Assembly: GCA_036380715.1 (NCBI GenBank) | Contig: DASVEF010000255.1 | Location: 6,535 to 70,534 of the forward strand | From: Thermoanaerobaculia bacterium | GTDB taxonomy: Bacteria > Acidobacteriota > Thermoanaerobaculia > Multivoradales > UBA5704 | Reading direction: 5' to 3' | Length of the DNA stretch: 64,000 bases | Part shown: positions 46,091 to 56,244 of the stretch, piece by piece | Numbering within the stretch: position 1 is the stretch's first letter | How the letters are laid out: each line of letters starts with the position of its first letter | Made by a program: the position numbers and the translations under genes | Notes under the pieces: model-generated | The model's database searches: none | What the model saw: the letters and a program-made list of their open reading frames with translations, nothing else | What the model was told of the DNA's origin: nothing

Positions 46091-47536
46091 TCACGCATGG
46101 CGCACAACCTCCGCACCCAGAGCCATCAGGGCGGACCGGTCCAGCTTCCCTCGCGGCGTCCGCGGCATCTCCGGCACCAGGATCACGCTGCGCGGCACCT
46201 TGTGCGGCGCCAGGCGCTGCCGGCACCAGGCGAGGACCTCCTCGACCGAGACCCGGCCGGGGCGGCAGGCGATCACCGCGCGCAGCATCTCCCCGGACCT
46301 CTCCGGCATCGGCATTCCCAGCACCACCACCTCGTCGACGCCCGGCAGGTCGGCGAGCACCTCCTCGACCTCGCGCGGATTGACCTTCTTCCCCTTGATG
46401 TTGACCAGGTTGTCCAGACGGGCGCGCAGGACGAGCTCGCCGTCGCGCCACACGGCCAGGTCGCCGCCCACGAACCGGCCGTCCGCGAGCCGCGGATCGG
46501 GCTCGGGCAGGTAGTCAGACGCTACGGCTGGAGAATGGACGGTCACCACGCCCCCTCCATCCTGGGCATCGTCCGAGACCGGCTCCAGCACCACCCGCAC
46601 CCCCTCGACGGGCGTGCCGACCGTCCCGCGCTCCCCCGCCCCGCCCTCGCGGTCGTAGCAGATGCCACCGCACTCGCTGGCGCCGTAGAAGACGTGGACC
46701 GGCAATCCGTAGGTCTCGCGGAAGCGGCTGGCGGTCGCCGGCGCGAGCAGGGCGCCGGCGGTGAGCACCAGCCGCAGGGAGGAGGGCCAGGCCGGCGTCT
46801 CGGAGATCCGCAGCAGGGCGTCCAGATAGGCGGGGACCGTGGGGAAGACCGTGGCCTCCGCCTGCCGGGCCGCGGCCAGAGGGTCGAACAGCGTGCTCTC
46901 CTCGGGGAGGACCAGGACCGCGCCGCGGACCAGGGCGGTGACGGCCAGGCTCGACAGGCCGTAGGAATGAGACAGGGGGATCGCCGTCAGAAGCCGGTCG
47001 TCGTCCCGAATGCCCATGGTCGCCGCCAGGGCGGCCTCGTCGGCGGCCAGCGCCTCGGCCGGCGTCGCGATCCCGCGCGGCATCCCGGTCGAGCCCGAGG
47101 TGAGCTTCACCACGGCCACGTCAGGCAGAAGCGGCAGGGGAGGCGCGGCCTCCTCCAGATTCCGGGCGTCCTCCAGCGACCAGTCGTCCGGCCCCTCGGG
47201 CCAGCCGGTGCGGCAGCGGAGCAGGGCCGCGGCGCCGAGCCCGCGCACGATGCGCCGGCTCTCGGCCTCGGGCGTCTGGCCATCCATGAGGAGGGCGGCG
47301 AGACCGGCGCGGCGCAGGGCGACCAGCGAGGCGAGGAACCCCGGCCCGTTCGCGGCCACCAGACCGGCCACCGAGCCCGGCGGAAGGCCGAGCCTGGAGA
47401 GGACCGAGCCGGCGGCCCGGGCCAGGGCATCGACGTCGCCGCGGGTGGCCCGGCGCTCCGGGGAGACCACCAGCGGGGCGAGAGGGTCCTGCCGGGCAAG
47501 TCGTTCGAAAGACTGGAGGATAGAGTCCTGGGGCAT
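46091..47536 (-). CDS. AMP-dependent synthetase/ligase (acyl-CoA / acyl-ACP synthetase-like)
   Basis: AMP-binding motif VVKLTSGSTGMPRGI, then YGASECGGI, a GDLAVWRDGELVL hinge region and PRGKLDR. Confidence 0.9.
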   Translation of the reverse strand: MPQDSILQSFERLARQDPLAPLVVSPERRATRGDVDALARAAGSVLSRLGLPPGSVAGLVAANGPGFLASLVALRRAGLAALLMDGQTPEAESRRIVRGLGAAALLRCRTGWPEGPDDWSLEDARNLEEAAPPLPLLPDVAVVKLTSGSTGMPRGIATPAEALAADEAALAATMGIRDDDRLLTAIPLSHSYGLSSLAVTALVRGAVLVLPEESTLFDPLAAARQAEATVFPTVPAYLDALLRISETPAWPSSLRLVLTAGALLAPATASRFRETYGLPVHVFYGASECGGICYDREGGAGERGTVGTPVEGVRVVLEPVSDDAQDGGGVVTVHSPAVASDYLPEPDPRLADGRFVGGDLAVWRDGELVLRARLDNLVNIKGKKVNPREVEEVLADLPGVDEVVVLGMPMPERSGEMLRAVIACRPGRVSVEEVLAWCRQRLAPHKVPRSVILVPEMPRTPRGKLDRSALMALGAEVVRHA

Positions 47537-47772
47537 GCGGAGCGCGTCTCGAGGTCGCCGGACAGCCGATCATACCAGGACGCCCTTGGAGAGGTTTGTC
47601 CGGAAATTTGCCACCGCACCCATGCGCACGCTAGCATGGAAGACCCGGTGCGCCGAGATCTCGCGGGCGGATGGCACAGTGGAATGCCCAGGTGCGGCGG
47701 CGGTGTTGCGTCTCGTGCCCCCGGCTCCTGAGGAGCACGGGGATACCACTGGGGGGCCAGAGGTTTTCTTTT

Positions 47773-48033
47773 ATGTCGGAAGTCATCGCGGTCCCGAACA
47801 GGATCAAGCGTCTCATCGTCGAAAGCCTGCATCTCGAGGGGATCAGGCCCGAGATGATCGAAGACGAGGCTCCGCTTTTCGGCGAAGGTCTCGGGCTCGA
47901 CTCGGTCGACGCCCTGGAGCTGGTCGTCGCCCTGGAGAAGGAGTTCGGGATCAAGATCAAGAGCCAGGAGCTGGGCCGCGAGGTCTTCTCCTCCGTATCG
48001 AGCCTGTCGCAGTTCATCGAGGGACGAACCTAG
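47773..48033 (+). CDS. Acyl carrier protein
   Basis: ORF trimmed to the ATG at 47773. The phosphopantetheine attachment context is GLGLDSVDALELVVALEKEFG. Confidence 0.9.
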   Translation: MSEVIAVPNRIKRLIVESLHLEGIRPEMIEDEAPLFGEGLGLDSVDALELVVALEKEFGIKIKSQELGREVFSSVSSLSQFIEGRT

Positions 48034-48057
48034 GGTCCAGGACGGGGGTCTCTCCGC

Positions 48058-49356
48058 ATGGGACATGAGATGGCGGCCGGCCCGGTCCGCCGCGTTGTGG
48101 TGAGCGGCATCGGCGCCGTCAGCGGCCTCGGGTGGGGTGCGGAGGCCCTCTGGGAAGGGCTGCGCTCGGGACGCACGGCGATCCAGCCCTTCCGCCGCTT
48201 CGATCACACACTGCACCGCACCCACCTGGCGGCCGAGGCCGCCGATCCCCCGGCCGACTTCATCCGCAGCGTTCCCGGCTGGCAGCGCCTCAGCGTGGCC
48301 GACCGGTTCGCGCTCTTCGCCGCCCTGGAGGCGGTGCGCCAGGCCGGGATCGAGACTCCGTTCCATCTCCACGGAGACGCCCCAGTCGGGCAAGTCGGGC
48401 TCTGGTTCGGCAGCAGCACCGGCGCCATGTTCGAAGCCGAGTCCTTCTTCCACGCCTTTGTGACCGACCGGCGGCGTTCGCGCCTGCGCGACCTCGCCTC
48501 GCATCAGGTCAACGGCCCTGGGGACGCGGTCGCCCGCCACCTCGGCGTGACCGGGCCGGTGCAGACGGTCTCCTCGGCCTGCGCCTCGGGCGCCCTGGCG
48601 CTGGGCGCGGCCTTGGCGGCGGTCCGCTCCGGCGAGGTGGACGTGGCCATCGCCGGCGGCTCCGACTCCCTCTGCCAGCTCACCTACGCCGGCTTCAACG
48701 CCCTGCGCTCGGTCGACGAGGTCCCCTGCCGCCCGTTCCGCGGCAGCCGCGCCGGCATGTCGTTCGGCGAAGGGGCGGCCGTCCTGGTTTTGGAGCCGCT
48801 GGAACGGGTGCTGGCCCGGGGGGGCAGGCCGCTCGCCGAATTCTGCGGCGCCGGAGCGTCCTGCGACGCCCATCACATGACCGCGCCGGATCCCAGCGGA
48901 GTGGGCGCCGCGGCCGCCCTCTCGGCGGCTCTGCGCGACGCCGGGCTTCCCGCCGAGGCCGTGGGCTTCGTCAACGCCCACGGCACGGGCACGCCGCTCA
49001 ATGACGCGGCCGAGTGGAACGCCCTGCGGCGGGTCTTCGGCGACAGGGCGGGCGAGATTCCGGTGGTCGCGACCAAGGCGCTGCTCGGGCACCTGCTCGG
49101 CTCCGCCGGAGCGATCGAAGCGGTAGCGACCATCCTCTGCCTGCTCCATGGCGAGCTGCATCCGGTCCCCACCTGCCAGGAGGCGTCCGCCCTGGCCTCT
49201 GAAGAGACTTCGGACCTCCCCGTGAACCTGGTCCTCGACCGTCCGCTCCCACTACCCCCCCTGCCCGACACCCGGGCCGCGGTCTCGACCAGCCTGGCGT
49301 TCGGCGGATCGAACGCCGCTCTCGTCTTCTCGCGGTGGGTGGGCCCGGCCGCTTGA
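48058..49356 (+). CDS. Beta-ketoacyl-ACP synthase (KAS II-like, catalytic)
   Basis: The Cys-His-His triad contexts are VSSACASGALA, CDAHHMTAPD and VNAHGTGTPLND. Confidence 0.9.
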   Translation: MGHEMAAGPVRRVVVSGIGAVSGLGWGAEALWEGLRSGRTAIQPFRRFDHTLHRTHLAAEAADPPADFIRSVPGWQRLSVADRFALFAALEAVRQAGIETPFHLHGDAPVGQVGLWFGSSTGAMFEAESFFHAFVTDRRRSRLRDLASHQVNGPGDAVARHLGVTGPVQTVSSACASGALALGAALAAVRSGEVDVAIAGGSDSLCQLTYAGFNALRSVDEVPCRPFRGSRAGMSFGEGAAVLVLEPLERVLARGGRPLAEFCGAGASCDAHHMTAPDPSGVGAAAALSAALRDAGLPAEAVGFVNAHGTGTPLNDAAEWNALRRVFGDRAGEIPVVATKALLGHLLGSAGAIEAVATILCLLHGELHPVPTCQEASALASEETSDLPVNLVLDRPLPLPPLPDTRAAVSTSLAFGGSNAALVFSRWVGPAA

Positions 49357-50582
49357 GCCGCGCGGTCCTCGTCACCGGGCTGGGGACCGTTGGCGCCTAC
49401 GGCTGCGGCGGCGACAGCCTGCGGCGGCTCCTAGCCTCTTCCGATCCCTCCCCCCTGCTCTCCGAGGTCGACCGCTCCGCGGGCTACCACGCCGAGGGCG
49501 GCGCCCGGCTCGCCTTCCTGACCCGGGGCGTGAGCCTCGTCGAGCACGTGGCGCCTGGCGAGGCCCGGCGCATGAGCCCGCCCTCCAAGCTCGCCGTGGC
49601 CGCGGCCCGCATGGCCCTCCGCTGCGCCGGGTTCGCGGACGCCCGCTGCGACCGGGAGGAGACGGCCGTGGTGATCGCCACGGCGTTCGGCCCCTCCTCC
49701 TATTCCGAGGCCCTGCTCAGACAGATCCTCTTCGAAGGGCCGGAGTCGACGTCGCCGTTCTACTTCACCGAGAGCGTAGCCAACGCGCCCGCGGCCCAGG
49801 TCGCGATCCTCTGCCGGGCGCGCGGCCCGAGCGTGACGATCTGCCAGCGCGAAGCCGGAGCGCTCCAGGCCGTGGCCCAGGGCGCCGCCGACGTGCTCTC
49901 CGGCCGTGCTCCGCGCTCTCTCGCCGGCTCCGTCGAGGAGATGACGCCGCTGCTCCACGCCCTGCTCGACCGCTTCGGCGCTCTGGCGCGCCCCGACGAG
50001 GACGGCGAGGAGGCCGCGCGCCCCTTCGACCGCCGCCGCGACGGCTTCCTGGCCTCCGAAGGCGCGACGATGCTGCTGCTGGAGGACGAGGAAAGCGCCG
50101 GCGAGCGGGGGGGCCGCGCCCTGGCGCGCGTGCTCGCCTGGGGGAGCGCCTTCGATCCGACCGCCTCGCAGACCGGTTGGGGCACGGGACACACCCATCT
50201 CGCCCGCTCGCTGCGCCGCTGCCTGGAGCGCGCCGGGCTGAGGATTGAAGATATCGACCGCATCGTCTCCGGCGCCTCCGGCTCGCGCGGCGGCGACCGG
50301 CTGGAAGCGCTGACCCTGCGCGCCGCCTGGGGCGACCGCCCGCTGCCGCCGGTCCTCGCGCCCAAGGCGGCGGTGGGGGAGTACGGCGGCGGATTCCTGG
50401 GCGCCGCGGTGCTGGCCGCGGCCGGGAGCTGCTTCGGCCCGGCCGCCGGCTTCCAGGAGCCCGATCCCGAGCTCGGGATCGCCCTGCACGACGGCTCCCC
50501 CCTGCCGCGCCCGTCCACCGTCCTGGTTACCAGCCTCGCCGCCGGAGGCGCGGCCTCGTGGCTGGTGCTGGGATCGCCATAG
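49335..50582 (+). CDS. Ketosynthase-like protein lacking both catalytic histidines (chain-length-factor-like partner)
   Basis: KS fold blocks are present (VLVTGLGTVGAYG, AFGGSN-type C-terminus SLAAGGAASWLVL). The His positions read AFDPTASQTG and SGASGSRGGD. The start may instead be TTG 49353, which overlaps the upstream TGA. Confidence 0.8.
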   Translation: MGGPGRLSRAVLVTGLGTVGAYGCGGDSLRRLLASSDPSPLLSEVDRSAGYHAEGGARLAFLTRGVSLVEHVAPGEARRMSPPSKLAVAAARMALRCAGFADARCDREETAVVIATAFGPSSYSEALLRQILFEGPESTSPFYFTESVANAPAAQVAILCRARGPSVTICQREAGALQAVAQGAADVLSGRAPRSLAGSVEEMTPLLHALLDRFGALARPDEDGEEAARPFDRRRDGFLASEGATMLLLEDEESAGERGGRALARVLAWGSAFDPTASQTGWGTGHTHLARSLRRCLERAGLRIEDIDRIVSGASGSRGGDRLEALTLRAAWGDRPLPPVLAPKAAVGEYGGGFLGAAVLAAAGSCFGPAAGFQEPDPELGIALHDGSPLPRPSTVLVTSLAAGGAASWLVLGSP

Positions 50583-50593
50583 AATCCCACTCC

Positions 50594-51310
50594 ATGAGCG
50601 CCACGATGAGGACAACGGAGCTCCGCGTCGCCGCCGCCATCCCCGCCTACCAGGCCGCGCCGTCCGTCGGCGGCGTGGTACGGGGCGCCCTCCAGCTCCT
50701 CCCCGAGGTGCTGGTGATCGATGACGGATCGACCGACGCCACGGCCGAAGAGGCCGGGCGGGCGGGGGCGCGGGTGGTCTCGTTCTCCTGCAACCGGGGC
50801 AAGGGGGCGGCCCTGCATGCGGCCTTCGACGACCTGTTCGGCCGTGGCTACGACGGCGTGATCACCCTCGACGCCGACGGCCAACACCTGCCTGAGGAGA
50901 TCCCCAAGCTGCTCGCGGCCGTGGCCGGGGGGGGCGACCTGATCCTCGGAGTGCGCGATCACCTGTTCGGCGAGATGAGCGCCGTTCGCCGCGCCAGCAA
51001 CCGGCTCTCGTCCAAGGCCATCTCCTTCGCCGCCGGGCAGCGGCTGAACGACATCCAGACCGGTTTCCGCTTCTACAGCCGCCGCCTCGTCGAGACGGTC
51101 GGTTTCCCCGAAGCGCGCTTCGAGGCCGAGAGCGCGGTGGTGGTGCGGGCGGCGCGGCGCGGTTTCCACGTGGTCACCGTGCCCGTGCGCCTGGGCTTCG
51201 CGGACGGCCGGACCACCAGCCATTACCGTCCCCTGCTCGACAGTCTGAGGATCGCCGGCGCGGTCACCCGCGCCCGGCTGGAGATGCTGGGATGGGCACG
51301 GTCCTCGTAA
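50594..51310 (+). CDS. Family 2 glycosyltransferase
   Basis: AAIPAYQAAPSVGGVV..VLVIDDGSTDAT..ITLDADGQH is the GT2 DxD pattern. ORF trimmed to the ATG at 50594. Confidence 0.85.
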   Translation: MSATMRTTELRVAAAIPAYQAAPSVGGVVRGALQLLPEVLVIDDGSTDATAEEAGRAGARVVSFSCNRGKGAALHAAFDDLFGRGYDGVITLDADGQHLPEEIPKLLAAVAGGGDLILGVRDHLFGEMSAVRRASNRLSSKAISFAAGQRLNDIQTGFRFYSRRLVETVGFPEARFEAESAVVVRAARRGFHVVTVPVRLGFADGRTTSHYRPLLDSLRIAGAVTRARLEMLGWARSS

Positions 51311-52029
51311 CCGGCGGTACCCGCGGCATCGGCCGGGCGATCGTCGAGGCCCTGCTCGCGGAGACCGCGGAGCCCTCGGAACGCCGAGTGGCCTTCACCT
51401 GGCGCTCGGAGGAGGCCGCCGCGCGGGAGATCGAAGACGCTTCGCGAGGGCGGGCGCGCGCCTTCCAGCTCGACCTGCTCGACCGCGCCCGGCCGGACGA
51501 CGTGGTCGCCGAGGCCGAGGAGGCGCTGGGGCCGATCGAAGGGCTGGTCAACAACGCGGGCGTCCGCCGCGAGTCGCTGCTCGCGCTGACCTCGGACGAC
51601 GACTGGGACGCGGTCGTCGACACCAACCTGGGCGGCCTCTTCCGCTGCTGCCGGGCGGTGCTGCGGGGGATGATGGTGCGGCGGCGCGGCGCAATCGTCA
51701 ACGTCGCCTCGCTCTCCGCCTTCCACGGCGTGGCCGGCCAGGCCGCCTACGCCGCCTCCAAGGCCGGCATCCTCGGCCTCACCCGCTCGCTGGCGCGCGA
51801 GGTGGGCAAGCGAGGAGTGCGCGTCAACGCCGTCGTGCCCGGGTTCGTGGCCACCGACCTGACCGCGGGCCTGCCGCAATCGGCGGTCGATCGCCTGCGC
51901 GCCGGCGAGTGCCTGCCCGGCGGCGCCAGCGCGGGCTCGGTCGCCGACGCCGTGCTGTTCCTGCTCTCCGACCGCGCCGCCGCGATCACCGGCCAGACCC
52001 TGGTGGTGGACGCGGGGGCGTCGGCCTGA
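51292..52029 (+). CDS. fabG: 3-oxoacyl-ACP reductase (SDR family)
   Basis: VLVTGGTRGIGRAI (TGxxxGIG), NNAG and the YAASKAG catalytic Tyr-Lys motif. Confidence 0.9.
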   Translation: MGTVLVTGGTRGIGRAIVEALLAETAEPSERRVAFTWRSEEAAAREIEDASRGRARAFQLDLLDRARPDDVVAEAEEALGPIEGLVNNAGVRRESLLALTSDDDWDAVVDTNLGGLFRCCRAVLRGMMVRRRGAIVNVASLSAFHGVAGQAAYAASKAGILGLTRSLAREVGKRGVRVNAVVPGFVATDLTAGLPQSAVDRLRAGECLPGGASAGSVADAVLFLLSDRAAAITGQTLVVDAGASA

Positions 52030-52050
52030 GCCGGGCTCCGGTCGATCTCC

Positions 52051-54537
52051 ATGGCGCTCGCCACCCGTCTCGCCGCCGCGATCCTCCGCCGTCCGCGGAT
52101 CGTCCTCGCCGTCTCCCTGGCCGCGACGCTGGTGGCCCTCGTCCCGGCTTCCCGCTTCCGCGTGGACGCGAACCTCGCCTCCCTGCTGCCGGAACGGGCT
52201 CCGGCCGCGGAGGACTACCGGGTCTTCCTGGAGACCTTCGGCGGCTTCGAGAAGGTCTTTGTGCTGGTGCGCTCGCCCGGGACCCGGCTGGAAGACCCGG
52301 CGCCGCTGATCGACGCGGCCGAGTCGCTCGCGGCGATCCTCGGCCGGAGCCCCGAGGTGGCGGAGGCCCGCTCCGGTATTACCGAGGAAGACGAGCGGTT
52401 CTTCCTCGAATACGTCGGCCCCCGCATGCCCCTGCTGATGGGTGGAGACTGGCGCTCCGAGCTCGCTCCGCGGCTCGAGCCCGAGGCCATCCGCCGGCGG
52501 GTCGCGGCCATGCGGCAGGCGATGCGCGGCCCGGCCGGCGCGGTCGAGGCGCAGCTCTTCAAGGCCGATCCGCTCGGGCTCTCCGAAGGGATGATCGCCC
52601 GCGCCTCGGCCTCGCTGCCCGTGGAGCCGCTGAGCGGCGCGTTCCTGTCGCGCGAGGGGGACGCGACCCTGGTGATCCTCACGCCGTCGCGGGCGGAGAT
52701 CGACCCCGCGGGTGGGCGCGCCCTGCTCGCCGACCTGGAGAAGGCGTACGCCCAGGTGCGGCGGGAGTCCGGCATCCCCCTGGAATTCGACGCCGTGGGC
52801 GGGCCGATCTACGCGGCCCAGGACGAGGCCCTGCTGCGCTCCGACCTCACCCGGACGTCGCTGGCGTCGGCCACGGGCGTGCTGGTCCTACTGCTGCTCG
52901 GCTTCGGCGGCGGCTTCATCCCGGCGGTGATCCTGGCGTCGGTGATCGCCGGCCTGATCTGGACCGCCGCCGTGGCCGCGCTCTGGCTCGGCAGCATCTC
53001 GGTGGTCGGCGTGGGGTTCGCCGCCGCCCTGGTGGGCATGGGGGTCGAGTACGGCATCCACGCCGGCGCCCGTTTCCGCCAGCTCCGGCTGGAGGGGCGC
53101 GAGCCGGCCCTGGCGCTCGCCGGGACCTTCCGCGATCCGGGGCCGGGGATCGTCTCCTCCGCGCTGACCACCGCCGCCGGCCTCGGCGCGCTCTGCCTGG
53201 CGCACTTCCGGCCGCTCCGCGAGCTGGGCCAGGTGCTCACCGTGGGTGTGCTGGTGACCCTGGTGACCACGGCCACACTGGGCGCCTCGCTGCTGCTGGC
53301 GCTGCCGGGCGGATCGCGGGTGCGCACGCCCAGGCTCTGGCTGCGCTTCGGCTTCCCGGCGCTGAAAGCGGTCGTGGGCCAGGCCACCCGCCGCCCGCTC
53401 GTCACCTTGGGGATGGCCGCGCTCCTCTCGACCCTCTCGGTCTGGGGCGTCTCCCGCCTCGACCTGAGCACCGACCTGCGCTCCCTCCGCCCGGAGGACC
53501 ACCCTTCGCTGCGCGCCGAAGAGTTGCTGGTGGAGAAATTCGCCGTCGGGCTCGACACGTTCACTGTAATCGCCCGGGGGCGCGATCTCGGCGAGGCGCT
53601 GGACCGGGCGGCCAAGGTCCGGCCGATCCTGGAGGCCCGCCTGGGACCCGAGGCGGAGATCACGACGCCGTCCGACTGGCTCGTCCTGGGAGAGCGCCGG
53701 GCTCGGCGCCTGCGCGAGCTGAAGACCCTGCCACTGGAACGCGCCGCGGACGACTTCACGCGCGAGCTGACCGTCGCCGGCTTCAAGCTCGCCCCCTTCG
53801 CCCCGGGCCTGGACGTCCTGCGCGCCCTCGGAAGGGGGAAGGAGCCGGGCGTGCCCGCGCCGGAGGACTGGCCACGCTGGATGTCCGAGCTGGTGAAGAC
53901 CACCCCCGAGGGCGCGGCCGTGGCCGTCCACATCCGGGTGCCGCTGGGTCGTCTGGATCGGGCTTTTGCGGTCCCGGCGGAAGATCTGGCGCGGGATCTC
54001 GCCGCGGCCTCGCCGGGCCTGGCGCTCGCGTCGGTCCCCCGGGTGGGCGCCGAGCTGCGTGGCCTGGCCTTCCAGGACCTGCGGCGGTCGAGCGCCGTGG
54101 CTCTGGCCCTGGTCGCCCTCGTGGTGATCGTCTCCGTCCGCGGCCGGATGGCCGACGCGCTCCTCTCGGGGCTGCCGCTGGCCCTGGGCTGCCTGTGGAC
54201 CTTCGGCCTCTGGGGCGCCTTCGGTGGGCACGTGGACATCCTGGCGATCTCGACGCTGCCGGTCCTCTTCGGCACCGGGATCGACCTCGGGGTCCACGCC
54301 GTCCACGGCGGGCGCGTGCGGCCGGAGACGGGAATCCGCGGCACGGTTGAAGAATCCGGGCTCGCGATGCTGTTGATTACTTTGACGACGGGCGTGGGCT
54401 TCGGGAGCCTCGGCTCGTCGCGGGTCCCCGGCCTGCAGAACGCCGGGACCCTGGTCGCCTTGGGCGTCTCCGCCTGCCTCGTGGCCACCTTCCTGGTCCT
54501 GCCGGCGCTGGAGGCATTGTTCCGGAGGCGTGGATGA
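52051..54537 (+). CDS. MMPL/RND-superfamily exporter
   Basis: The 828-aa product has two blocks of about 6 TM helices separated by large loops. The N-terminus is typical of predicted lipid exporters (RPRIVLAVSLAATLVALVPASRFRVDANLASLLP). Confidence 0.85.
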   Translation: MALATRLAAAILRRPRIVLAVSLAATLVALVPASRFRVDANLASLLPERAPAAEDYRVFLETFGGFEKVFVLVRSPGTRLEDPAPLIDAAESLAAILGRSPEVAEARSGITEEDERFFLEYVGPRMPLLMGGDWRSELAPRLEPEAIRRRVAAMRQAMRGPAGAVEAQLFKADPLGLSEGMIARASASLPVEPLSGAFLSREGDATLVILTPSRAEIDPAGGRALLADLEKAYAQVRRESGIPLEFDAVGGPIYAAQDEALLRSDLTRTSLASATGVLVLLLLGFGGGFIPAVILASVIAGLIWTAAVAALWLGSISVVGVGFAAALVGMGVEYGIHAGARFRQLRLEGREPALALAGTFRDPGPGIVSSALTTAAGLGALCLAHFRPLRELGQVLTVGVLVTLVTTATLGASLLLALPGGSRVRTPRLWLRFGFPALKAVVGQATRRPLVTLGMAALLSTLSVWGVSRLDLSTDLRSLRPEDHPSLRAEELLVEKFAVGLDTFTVIARGRDLGEALDRAAKVRPILEARLGPEAEITTPSDWLVLGERRARRLRELKTLPLERAADDFTRELTVAGFKLAPFAPGLDVLRALGRGKEPGVPAPEDWPRWMSELVKTTPEGAAVAVHIRVPLGRLDRAFAVPAEDLARDLAAASPGLALASVPRVGAELRGLAFQDLRRSSAVALALVALVVIVSVRGRMADALLSGLPLALGCLWTFGLWGAFGGHVDILAISTLPVLFGTGIDLGVHAVHGGRVRPETGIRGTVEESGLAMLLITLTTGVGFGSLGSSRVPGLQNAGTLVALGVSACLVATFLVLPALEALFRRRG

Positions 54538-54589
54538 GCGAAAATAGATAAGCTCCCGAGAGTCGGTAAGAAGTCGAGGTCTCTGTTTC

Positions 54590-55549
54590 ATGGAAGCTGT
54601 CGTCTCACGCAGAGCTGCGCCTCAGGCGCCTCCTCACGCTCCAGAAGCCGGCTGGGTCCGGCGTCTGCTCGGGCCGTTCTACGTCACGGCCGTCTTCTGG
54701 TTCCGCCTCCACCGTTTCGGAGTGAGGATACTCCCCTCCTGGGCCATGAGCCTGCTCATGCCCTTCTTCGTCGGCTTCTTCTTCGTCGCCCTGCGCAACA
54801 TCCGGGCGGCGCTCGCGGCGAACCTGGTGCCGGTGCTCGGCCCTTGCGGCTGGTGGGAGCGCCAGCGCCGCATCTTCCGCAGCCTGTGGACCTTCTCCTG
54901 GTGCCTCTCGGAGCGCTACGAGCGGCTGAGCACCGAGCGCCAGTTCCTGGTCGGCGCCGAGGGGCTGGAGAACTGGAGGGAGCTGAATGCTTCGGGCAAG
55001 GGCTTCCTCCTGGTCACCGCGCACGTTGGGGCCTGGGAGGTGGGCTCGATGCTGCCCGCCTGCCAGGAGGCGCGCAAGGTCCACGTCGTCCGCGAGGCCG
55101 AGACCGATCCGAGGGCTCAGCGCTTCTTCGCGGACCTGATCCGCAAGGCCGGGGGAGACCTCTACACGACGCACTTCGCCGAAGACCCGCAACTCGGCAT
55201 GATCCTGCTCGACGCCTTGCGCGACGGCGAGATCGTGGCGCTCCAGGGTGACCGCCCGCGCTCGGGCGGCCGGACAGCGCGGATTACCCTCTTCGGGCGC
55301 TCTTTCCCGATGCCGGTCGGCCCTGCCATCCTGGCCCGCACCGCCGAAGTCCCCATCCTCCCGGTCTTCGTCTTCCGGGAAGGGCGCCTGCGCTACCGCT
55401 GCGCCATCCGTCCACCCATCCACGTGGCCAAGACCGCGAACCGTCACGCCGACCTGGAAGGGGCGATGCAGCGGTTCACCGATGAGCTCCAGTGGGCCAT
55501 CTCCCACCGGCCGCACCAGTGGTTCTGCTTCCGGAAGGTGTGGGAGTGA
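54590..55549 (+). CDS. LpxL/HtrB-like lysophospholipid (lipid A-type) acyltransferase
   Basis: FLLVTAHVGAWEV (HX4E/D acyltransferase block), GEIVALQGDRP and PVGPAILARTAEVPILPVF. Confidence 0.85.
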   Translation: MEAVVSRRAAPQAPPHAPEAGWVRRLLGPFYVTAVFWFRLHRFGVRILPSWAMSLLMPFFVGFFFVALRNIRAALAANLVPVLGPCGWWERQRRIFRSLWTFSWCLSERYERLSTERQFLVGAEGLENWRELNASGKGFLLVTAHVGAWEVGSMLPACQEARKVHVVREAETDPRAQRFFADLIRKAGGDLYTTHFAEDPQLGMILLDALRDGEIVALQGDRPRSGGRTARITLFGRSFPMPVGPAILARTAEVPILPVFVFREGRLRYRCAIRPPIHVAKTANRHADLEGAMQRFTDELQWAISHRPHQWFCFRKVWE

Positions 55550-55574
55550 CGATCTGGAGTGAGATAATGGAGCT

Positions 55575-55802
55575 ATGACTACGTTGACATTGGAGATTGA
55601 AGAGGACCTCGCGCGCCGGCTCGCCGAACGCGCCCGACGGCATGGAATCTCCCTGGAAGAAGAGGCTCGCAGCGCCCTCACAGAATCCCTCGAAAAGGAT
55701 TGGGCAAGCTTCTGGGCGAAGACGGAACAGATCCGCAAGAGCCTGAAAGGGCGAACTTTCACCGACAGTGCGGCTCTGATTCGCGAGGACCGGGACCGGT
55801 GA
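55575..55802 (+). CDS. Ribbon-helix-helix antitoxin (FitA/VapB-like)
   Basis: MTTLTLEIEEDLARRLAERARRHGISLEEEARSAL is an Arc/MetJ-type RHH. The stop overlaps the PIN gene start (GTGA). Confidence 0.85.
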   Translation: MTTLTLEIEEDLARRLAERARRHGISLEEEARSALTESLEKDWASFWAKTEQIRKSLKGRTFTDSAALIREDRDR

Positions 55803-56239
55803 GGTCCTGTGTCCTCGATGCTAGCGTCGTCACGAAGTGGTTTCTCGACGAGGTTGGCTCGAAGGCTGCGCGAGCGCTCCAAGGCGCTCACCTCGAAATG
55901 GCCGCCCCACAGTTCCTCTTTCTGGAGCTTGCCAATGTCCTTTGGAAGCAGGTCCGGAAAGGTGCTCTTGACGTGGCCGCAGGTTCAAAGATCCTCTCTA
56001 CGCTCGAAGAGGCTCCTATCCAGTGGCAAGAGGACGCACTCCTCTTCCATGACGCGTTTCTCCTTGCGGCGGACACAGGGCGGACCGCCTACGACTGCTT
56101 GTATCTGGCGCTAGCCAGAAGAAAGGGAAGTCCGCTCATTACGGCGGATCGGAAATTCTTCGACGCGATTTCTTCGGGACCGCTCGCCGAGCACATTCTC
56201 TGGATCGAGAGCGTGCCGGACGTTGTCTCGTCTGAGTAG
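55799..56239 (+). CDS. vapC: PIN-domain toxin VapC
   Basis: GTG 55799. VLDASVVTKWFLDE..FLFLELANVL..AYDCLYLALARRKGSPLITADRKF carries the conserved PIN acidic residues. Confidence 0.85.
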   Translation: MRSCVLDASVVTKWFLDEVGSKAARALQGAHLEMAAPQFLFLELANVLWKQVRKGALDVAAGSKILSTLEEAPIQWQEDALLFHDAFLLAADTGRTAYDCLYLALARRKGSPLITADRKFFDAISSGPLAEHILWIESVPDVVSSE

Positions 56240-56244
56240 GTGGC